9,301 bases of DNA from an uncultured archaeon (GCA_964510585.1 CAZECW010000091.1:1-9301), one strand, 5' to 3'; counted from the stretch's first letter, positions 1 through 5,933 are shown. Made by a program: numbers and translations. Notes: generated by a model from the letters alone, not told the origin.

Positions 1-137
1 CCCGTCGCTCCAACCTAGAAAAGGGGATGGGAAGCCCTCCAGACTTGCGGGGAACTTGAAAAACCAGAACGCTTTTGAGAAAACCTAAAAGAAGGAGAAG
101 AAAATACACGTAAACCCCAAAAATTCATCCGAATCTA
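1..137 (+). mobile_element. Possible right end of an insertion sequence (TA-target type; family not determinable) interrupting the acylase gene
   Basis: Acylase similarity (RPGW...W..FIPF..LP) starts abruptly at ~139. All three + frames have stops in 1-113 (frame 1 at 16-18 and 76-78, frame 2 at 87-89, frame 3 at 57-59 and 111-113). The junction reads ...CCGAATCTA|TA|GACCAGGG, a TATA junction as in IS630/Tc1-type ends. A basic tail (LRKPKRRRRKYT*) ends 24 nt before the junction. No DDE motif or partner end is visible. Confidence 0.3.
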
Positions 138-138
138 T

Positions 139-1275
139 AGACCAGGGTGGAATACCACCACCGACTGGGGAGACTTCATACCCTTCGGCAACCTACCAAT
201 GCAAGAAGACCCCGAGAGCGGATGGATGCAAAACTGCAACATTCAATGCTGGAACATAACCACCCAGCCAAACAACATTACTGCAAATATGCCATTCCCA
301 AGATATCTGGTAAACCACTACAATTACACGGGTGGATTCTACAAGGCAATGAGCAAATACACCAGAGGATATAACATGTTCTACATACTAGACGGACTTG
401 CTGCAAGCGGACCGGGCTCAGTTTCTGCCGATGACTTTCTGGGAATTGCAGGTAACAGTTCAGTCTATTACCTTGCGACCGACTACATAAATATGCTACC
501 TGACAATGTATTTGGTTCTGGTAACGAGACACTTAATGAAACTATACACCTTCTAAAAGATTGGAATAAATATGCCACTAACCAAACTGCTATGACCGTA
601 TTCCAACTCTGGAGCGAGAATACAGGCGGAACACCTCCAAGTAGCCAAGACAATGCTCTTACTACTCTGAATGCCACGGTGAATTGGATGGTCTCCAAGT
701 ATGGAAATGCTACCGGAGTATATTGGGCCAATGTTCACGTTGTGGTTAGAGGAACCAAGATAGTAGGTTTGAATGGGACTGGGGGTGAACCTTACGGTTG
801 TCTGAATCCTCACTATGGAATATTAGATTCGACTACTGGTCTCTGGTACTGTTATGGTGGAGAATCATTTGAGATGGTTACAACGTGGGAGGATGGAAGA
901 GTTAAGTCTTGGAGCTGCCTACCCTACGGCAACACCAATAATGAGAGTTCCATACACTTTGACGACATGCTACTTAACTGGTATAGCAAGGACATGCTTC
1001 ACCCAGACTTCTTCTACGACGATGAAATTCTAAATCCAGCAAATCAGAGTCCAGAAAAGGGTAACATATCTGTTCCAGTATACACACTTGCGGAGACAAT
1101 TTACTTGATTATGCTGCCTTACTATCAAGCGCTGGCAAACTATTTCACGTTGGTTGGTGTGGGGCAAACTATTTCCAGTCAGCAGGTTTCATCAAACTTG
1201 ATGTGGGGCGGAATTGCTGCTCTGGTTCTGATAATAGCTGTAGCGGCCATAGTAGTAGTGCTTAGAAGACCATAA
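139..1275 (+). pseudogene. 3' part of a penicillin/cephalosporin (glutaryl-7-ACA) acylase-family Ntn hydrolase beta chain with C-terminal membrane anchor; 5'-truncated or interrupted
   Basis: Motifs RPGWNTTTDWGDFIPFGNLP-MQEDPESGWMQNCN..W (compare PGW..W....P...LPQ..NP..G.VQN.N..W in acylases) and GGESFEMVTTW...VKSWSCLPYGNTNNESSIHFDD (the acylase C-terminal G.S......PS.H..DQ region). Similarity begins 60 nt upstream of the first ATG (199), the frame is closed at 76-78, and the N-terminal nucleophile Ser region is absent. The C-terminus GGIAALVLIIAVAAIVVVLRRP is a TM helix plus basic residues. Confidence 0.75.
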
Positions 1276-1302
1276 AAAAGACCAGTTGAATGAAGAGTCT
1301 AC

Positions 1303-1325
1303 TTTCCCCCTCTTTTTTGTTTTGG
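1303..1325 (+). terminator. Oligo-T/pyrimidine-rich archaeal-type terminator candidate between convergent genes
   Basis: TTTCCCCCTCTTTTTTGTTTTGG about 30 nt after the acylase stop. Oligo-T tracts are the established archaeal intrinsic termination signal. Confidence 0.35.
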
Positions 1326-1372
1326 TTATAAAAGTGTTTGTTTTGATTAGAAACCTTTTGGGGAGGTTTTGT

Positions 1373-2179
1373 TTAGGCTGTTTGGTTTATTCCAATTTTT
1401 TGGGTTTTTTGTGTTGGTTCTGTTTTTTTCTCTGTGGCTTTATTTATTGCTTCTTGTACTGCTCCTCTTATGGCGTATCCTGCTACGTGGAGTACTGTGT
1501 CGCCTAGTGTTTTGTCTACTTGCATGCTGGCTGTGCAGGGGTAGGCGTGGTGTGCTTCTGATATTCTCTCATTTATGCCGTTTATGCTTCGTTTCTCTAT
1601 TTGTTTCATAACGTACCAGGTGCTTCCGCAGGGTGCACTTTGTAGAACTTTTGTGCGTGTAATGGTATCGTTGTCTAATGAGACTTGGACTATGGGTTTT
1701 CCCACCTTGTATTTTTTAATGAATTGATCTATGATTGTGTTGTGTCCGCTGTCTTCCAGCATGCAGAAGGGTTTTGGAAAGGCATGTGTGACGCCCATAC
1801 TGTTGAGTTCGTCTTCCACCTGTTTCTGTAGGCCTGGAGGACACCAATTTGGGTCTTCCAAGGGCACTATTACCCCTTTAGCTTGGGTTTTTTCAACAAG
1901 GAGGGGTAAGCTTGCCAGTAGGTCTTGGTGTAGTCCTATGGCGATTATTATGTCGCATCGGGGTGGTTTTTTGGGCAGATACTTTTCAGGTTCTTCTATG
2001 AAATTTGGCAGGTTGGCTGGAATTCTATCCACTCCCACTATGTCGGAGGCGAAGGAGCCGTATTCTATGCGGCAATGTCCACACGCTTCCCCACATGAAG
2101 TGCAGAAATTTGAAAAGTTAACTAGGTTACCCACAACCCTTTCTCCAAAATCATCACCATAAATAACATATAAACGCAT
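1373..2179 (-). CDS. DUF166 family protein (Pfam PF02593, sometimes mislabelled thymidylate synthase), Cys-rich
   Basis: 268 aa. Family-like blocks: G.FGERVVGNL.N...FC..C...C..CR, LP.FIEEPE.YLP, G.H.DL, FPKPFC.L, G.P.V.V, V..SAPCGSTWYV, HH.YPC.ASM..D..LGDT.LH.AGY. SD-like GGAAGGT just upstream on the minus strand. Confidence 0.8.
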   Translation of the reverse strand: MRLYVIYGDDFGERVVGNLVNFSNFCTSCGEACGHCRIEYGSFASDIVGVDRIPANLPNFIEEPEKYLPKKPPRCDIIIAIGLHQDLLASLPLLVEKTQAKGVIVPLEDPNWCPPGLQKQVEDELNSMGVTHAFPKPFCMLEDSGHNTIIDQFIKKYKVGKPIVQVSLDNDTITRTKVLQSAPCGSTWYVMKQIEKRSINGINERISEAHHAYPCTASMQVDKTLGDTVLHVAGYAIRGAVQEAINKATEKKTEPTQKTQKIGINQTA

Positions 2180-2393
2180 AATCGTTACCTTCCGGCGCGT
2201 AAATTTATTTTCTAATTAATTTTCTATTTTTTTGAGGTGGGCTAAGCCCTTTTGCCTATTAATATGAATAAGGAATATTTAATAAAAATTTTGATAATAG
2301 TTTATTAATTATTTAGATTTTTTACTTATGAATCATAAAGTTTTAAATAATTATACATTATAACTCACAAATAAAAGAGTAGTGGTGTTTAAA
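2180..2393. promoter_or_regulatory. Divergent AT-rich promoter region for DUF166 and Lrp, with TATA-like box TTTAAATA (2342-2349) and palindrome TTATGAATCATAA (2326-2338)
   Basis: Non-coding, very AT-rich, between head-to-head genes. The TATA-like box lies ~45 nt upstream of ATG 2394, and GGTG (SD-like) is at 2384-2387. Confidence 0.55.
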
Positions 2394-2969
2394 ATGGCAG
2401 ACTTATCCAAGTTAGACGATAAAGACCGTGAAATATTAACCCTCCTAAGCGAAGACCCGGACATTTCCCAGGAGAAAATCGCAAAAATTATTAATTTATC
2501 TCAGCCGTCTGTTGCGGTGAGGCTGAAAAAACTCAGGGATATGGGGGCGTTCAGCAAAATTTGTGGAATAAATCCTCTCAAAATGGGTCTCCACCTAGCT
2601 AAAGTTGAAGTCTCCACTAACAACACCCAAAAAATACTGAAAATGTTTAAAGGCTGCCCATACTTCTTCAACGCATTCACAGTTTCTGGAAGAAGCAACC
2701 TCTGCCTAATCTTTGTGGGTGAAGACATAACAACCCTTGAAGCAATAGTTGAAGGACACCTAAGACCACTAGACGAGGTAAAAGACATAGAATTCAACAT
2801 TATAATCTCCGCAGCCAACGATTTAATCATGCCCTTCCAAATGAAAATAAAACATTCAGATAAGCAACCCTGCGGAATAAACATTCAGTGTGTCGATTGC
2901 CCAAGCTACCGCGAGGACAGATGCCTAGGCTGCCCAGCAATAGGCCAATACAAAGGCAAACTATGGTGA
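2394..2969 (+). CDS. Lrp/AsnC family transcriptional regulator with C-terminal Cys-rich extension
   Basis: N-terminal wHTH (LDDKDREILTLL...ISQEKIAKIINLSQPSVAVRLKKL...G), an AsnC/RAM-like domain (AFTVSGRSNLCLIFVGEDITTLEAIV), then a Cx5Cx2Cx7Cx2C tail. ATG 2394 is preferred over GTG 2382 because GGTG sits 6 nt upstream of it. Confidence 0.88.
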   Translation: MADLSKLDDKDREILTLLSEDPDISQEKIAKIINLSQPSVAVRLKKLRDMGAFSKICGINPLKMGLHLAKVEVSTNNTQKILKMFKGCPYFFNAFTVSGRSNLCLIFVGEDITTLEAIVEGHLRPLDEVKDIEFNIIISAANDLIMPFQMKIKHSDKQPCGINIQCVDCPSYREDRCLGCPAIGQYKGKLW

Positions 2970-2992
2970 GAAGTACAAAAATTTTAGATAAA

Positions 2993-3343
2993 CTAGAACG
3001 AGGTTTCTAGTTCTTCCCATACTTCGAATGCTCTTCTGAGGTGGGGAATGGTGATGGAGCCCCCAACAATGAGCGCTATTGCAAGTGACTCCTCCAGTTC
3101 TTCTCTTGTTACTCCCTGTTCATGGCACTGAATAATGTGATACTTAATACAGTCATCGCACCTCAAAACTAGTGAGGCAACAAGTCCCATTAACTCCTTA
3201 ACTTTTCTGGGCAGGGCGCCATCAACATAGACTCCAGAATCCAGATTGTAGAACCTCTTAATATTAAGGCCAGCATACTTCATTACTATATCATTTAATC
3301 TTTCCCTTTCCTTTTTAAAGCTCTCAACAATATTTCCATTCAT
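2993..3343 (-). CDS. Carboxymuconolactone decarboxylase (CMD)/AhpD-like protein with CxxC
   Basis: 116 aa containing GALPRKVKELMGLVASLVLRCDDCIKYH...G.TREEL.E.L.IAL.VGG, the canonical CMD/AhpD-like core. GGAGG SD at 3353-3357 on the minus strand. Confidence 0.9.
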   Translation of the reverse strand: MNGNIVESFKKERERLNDIVMKYAGLNIKRFYNLDSGVYVDGALPRKVKELMGLVASLVLRCDDCIKYHIIQCHEQGVTREELEESLAIALIVGGSITIPHLRRAFEVWEELETSF

Positions 3344-3581
3344 TAAAAACTTCCTCCAAAAACAAATTCACCACGCAGATGAAAAGCACGAGTTTATTTT
3401 GGGTTCTGTGTGTGGCTTCTATTTTTTGTTCAATTTTCACCATCCATTTAATTAAATTTAAGTACTTGTTACTGATTATAACCGTAATAAAAATAATCCC
3501 TTCTCCAAAGTTAATTAAACTCAGAATGTGTATCGCCATTGATGTTTTATTGGGATAAATTGTTTGTAAGGAGGTCTAAAT

Positions 3582-4832
3582 TTGGTATTGGAAAACGATA
3601 TTTTCCTTGATGAGGTGCACATTAAGCTGAGAGATGAGGTTAAGGAGTTCGTGAAGTGGGTAGACCCAAAATTACTAAAGGCCATGGACGCTGAACAAAT
3701 AGATTACCCTCACGAGTTCTATCGGGAAGCAGGTAGGAGAAACCTTCTAGGATTAAGATTTCCAAAAAAGTACGGCGGCCGAGAACTAGACTGGGTGGCG
3801 GAATGCGTGGCACTCGAGGAGATTGGAATCTTCGGCTGCGGACTGGGATGTTCATGGTCAATGCCCACAATCGTGGGCGAAGCCATAAACACCTTCGGAA
3901 CAGAGGAACACAAGAAAAAGTACCTAGTACCTATGTTAAAGGGAGAGCTTGTTGCAGCTGAAGGCTTAACCGAGCCGCGGGGAGGCTCCGACTTTTTCGG
4001 AACAAACACTATTGCCAAAAAGGATGGCGACGTCTATTATCTCACGGGCGAAAAAAGATTCATCGCAGGAGCCAAAGCTGCAGACCTATTCCTACTCTAC
4101 GCAAGAACCAACCCAGACCCCAAAGTCCCAGGACACAAGGCACTCAGCGCCTTCCTAGTGGAGAAAAAAATGGGCGTGGAAATTGCGGAAACCTATGGGC
4201 TGCTGGGATTCCGCGGCATGGGAACCGCCAGAATCCAACTAAACGAAGTAGAGGTGCCCGCCGAAAACCTACTTTTGGGTGAGAACAGGGGAAGAGAAAT
4301 CTTCAACCGCATGATGCTTCCCGAAAGACTAACCTCAGCAGCCGGAAGCCTCGGCACTAGATCCGCCCTAGAACTGGCTATGAAGTATGCAAGTATGAGA
4401 AAGGCTTTCGGAGCCCCCATAAGAATGTTCCAAGGAGTAAGCTTCAAGATAGCCGACTGCTTAACCAAACTGGACGCAGCCCGGGCACTGGTATACACTG
4501 CAGCAAAACAGGCAGACCGTGACCCAGACTCCTACGAAACAAGGAGACTGGTTTCCGAAGCAAAACTATTTGCAACACAGACCGGCTGGGAAGTTATAAA
4601 TGACGCCATGCAAATCCTAGGCGGAATAGGATACACCCAAGTCTACCCCCTGGAAAGAGCTCTCAGAGATGCAAGACTCGCAATCATATGGACTGGCTCA
4701 AGTGAAATTATGCAACTGATAATTCAACACGAAGCCTACCGAAAACTCATGGGCGGAAAACTGGAAAAAGAAAGAGACATTGAACTAGACGCTATAGAAG
4801 CCCACAAAGTAGCAGAAAAAGTATACGAATAA
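3582..4832 (+). CDS. Acyl-CoA dehydrogenase (IVD/LCAD-type catalytic Glu position)
   Basis: Motifs GLRFPKKYGG, LTEPRGGSD, LTGEKRFI, GLLGFRG, R.AFG.PI..FQGV.FKIAD, A.QILGGIGY...YPLER.LRDARL..IWTGSSEI. TTG start preceded by GGAGGT (3570-3575). Confidence 0.95.
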   Translation: MVLENDIFLDEVHIKLRDEVKEFVKWVDPKLLKAMDAEQIDYPHEFYREAGRRNLLGLRFPKKYGGRELDWVAECVALEEIGIFGCGLGCSWSMPTIVGEAINTFGTEEHKKKYLVPMLKGELVAAEGLTEPRGGSDFFGTNTIAKKDGDVYYLTGEKRFIAGAKAADLFLLYARTNPDPKVPGHKALSAFLVEKKMGVEIAETYGLLGFRGMGTARIQLNEVEVPAENLLLGENRGREIFNRMMLPERLTSAAGSLGTRSALELAMKYASMRKAFGAPIRMFQGVSFKIADCLTKLDAARALVYTAAKQADRDPDSYETRRLVSEAKLFATQTGWEVINDAMQILGGIGYTQVYPLERALRDARLAIIWTGSSEIMQLIIQHEAYRKLMGGKLEKERDIELDAIEAHKVAEKVYE

Positions 4833-5288
4833 AAAACACAGAAAAACCTGAACCCGCCCTTCACAAAACCCACTTTTCCATTTTTAAAAACACTTTTGCT
4901 ACAAGAAAAGGAGATGTTCCACCGAACTTTATACCAAAATAACCAAAGCATTAGACAATTTGAAAAATATTATTGTTAAAACTCCGCCTGATTAAATTCT
5001 TATCTTCCACCCCTGTAGTAAAAATAACAGGATGATCAAGTTTTTGAATTAAAACAGGTATAAAATCTGCCTTTTTTGACAACTTTCTGCAGAGGGGATA
5101 TACAATCAGAACCTAATCAGAAATTTTTTGAAATGCAATAATATCTTTCTGAGATGATAGGGTTCTCTACAACTTTTTCTGGATTTTTTAGCGAGAGTTG
5201 TCCGTGTAAGTTGAAGATATGTGGTTTGCCTTGCATTTTTAGGGCAAAAATAGGGCTGAAAAGAATTGGACGATAACTTGGCGATATA

Positions 5289-5317
5289 TTTAAATATTTA
5301 TGAATATATATTCATAA
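5289..5317 (+). promoter_or_regulatory. TATA-like box TTTAAATA (5289-5296) followed by a perfect 20-bp palindrome TTATGAATATATATTCATAA (5298-5317); probable operator
   Basis: The sequence equals its own reverse complement over 20 bp and ends 9 nt before the DUF134 ATG. There is no SD, suggesting a leaderless or near-leaderless mRNA. Confidence 0.7.
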
Positions 5318-5326
5318 TGAGCGTGT

Positions 5327-5827
5327 ATGCCGAGGCCAAGAAAAATACGGGAAATAAGATTCAAACCCGAAATAAGCAGCTTCAAACCACAAGACACCCC
5401 TTACACACCCGAGAAACTGGTTCTAACATTTGACGAACTAGAAGCCATACGATTAAGGGACCTAGAAAAACTCACCCAAGAAGAAGCCGCCCAAAAAATG
5501 AACATCTCCCAGCCAACCTTCTACAGGCTCATAGAAAGAGCCAGACAAAAGGTGGCTGAAGCCCTAATCGAGGGAAAAGAATTACACTTCCAAGGAGGTG
5601 ACTACACAATGGCCCAACTTGAAATGAAAAAATTCACGTGCTTCCAGTGCGGCTACAACTGGGAAGTACCCTACGGAACCCCAAGGCCCAACAACTGCCC
5701 CAAATGTGGCTCAACCAATGTCCACCGAGCACCCGAAGACCGAGGATACGCCAGAAGAGGCAGAGGTAGAGGTGGATGGGGCAGAGGCGCAGGATCAGGA
5801 GGAGGCAGAGGTCCCCCACAGTGGTAG
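5327..5827 (+). CDS. DUF134 (UPF0251) HTH DNA-binding protein fused to a C4 zinc-ribbon and RG/G-rich tail
   Basis: MPRPRK.R.I...P....FKP and L..DELEAIRL.D.E.LTQEEAA.KM.ISQPTF.RL...AR.KVA.AL.EGK...GG.Y are typical DUF134 blocks. They are followed by CFQC-x15-CPKC and a tail with six RG dipeptides. Confidence 0.9.
   Translation: MPRPRKIREIRFKPEISSFKPQDTPYTPEKLVLTFDELEAIRLRDLEKLTQEEAAQKMNISQPTFYRLIERARQKVAEALIEGKELHFQGGDYTMAQLEMKKFTCFQCGYNWEVPYGTPRPNNCPKCGSTNVHRAPEDRGYARRGRGRGGWGRGAGSGGGRGPPQW
5594..5611 (+). promoter_or_regulatory. Internal Shine-Dalgarno GGAGGTGA (5594-5601) and in-frame ATG (5609) at the DUF134/Zn-ribbon boundary
   Basis: CAA GGA GGT GAC TAC ACA ATG: a full-length SD 7 nt before Met95, exactly at the domain junction. 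Confidence 0.45.
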
Positions 5828-5855
5828 ACTCCAAAATTGAAAAATAGACTAGAGG

Positions 5856-5933
5856 GTGGTTCCAAGGAGAAATAAGTGTCCCAACCAATCGCCATCTCGA
5901 AAATGTTTCCTAAAATCTTCTCCTTGGAACCAC
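5856..5933. repeat. Perfect 16-bp inverted repeat (GTGGTTCCAAGGAGAA ... TTCTCCTTGGAACCAC) with 46-nt spacer
   Basis: Arms at 5856-5871 and 5918-5933 are exact reverse complements. The repeat lies between the convergent DUF134 and pdxT stops and is followed by a T-run at 5938-5943 on the + strand. Confidence 0.85.

Noticed and set aside
14-60. Peptides RKGDGKP (frame 2) and GWEALQTCGE (frame 1) reminiscent of IS4 or IS701 transposase C-termini
   Set aside because: They are short, in different frames and not collinear with a full motif, so they are insufficient to assign an IS family.
28-75. GAAGCC...TGCGGGGAAC resembling group II intron domain V or an IS200/IS605 right-end hairpin
   Set aside because: The 5' AGCC segment has no complementary 3' strand, and there is no DV bulge or DVI. 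No GC hairpin plus TCAA/TCAC end typical of IS605 was found.
147-813. Alternative-frame ORFs 147-374, 278-532, 483-731 and 553-813
   Set aside because: They overlap the acylase reading frame, show no recognisable motifs and look like shadow ORFs.
1286-2162. Plus-strand ORFs 1286-1507, 1369-1611 and 1731-2162, hydrophobic or Cys/Phe-rich
   Set aside because: They are antisense to DUF166. The apparent hydrophobicity comes from the T/G-rich complement of an A/C-rich coding strand.
2239-2249. GGGC-TAA-GCCC mini inverted repeat
   Set aside because: A 4-bp stem is expected by chance.
3457-3518. Two TTAATTAA palindromes (3458-3465, 3511-3518) in the CMD/ACAD divergent spacer
   Set aside because: These are short all-AT dyads in very AT-rich DNA and could simply be TATA-like elements; they cannot be distinguished from background.
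3324-3539. 71-aa minus-strand ORF upstream of the CMD gene
   Set aside because: It overlaps the CMD start and SD, lies in AT-rich promoter DNA, and has no motif or SD.
4917-4980. Short ORF MFHRTLYQNNQSIRQFEKYYC* directly after AGGAG
   Set aside because: The SD abuts the ATG with no usable spacing, the peptide is 21 aa, and there is no supporting motif.
5856-5933. Inverted repeat as SECIS, box C/D sRNA or CRISPR repeat
   Set aside because: There is no in-frame UGA in the flanking genes, no RUGAUGA/CUGA boxes on either strand, and the repeat is inverted and single rather than a direct repeat-spacer array.
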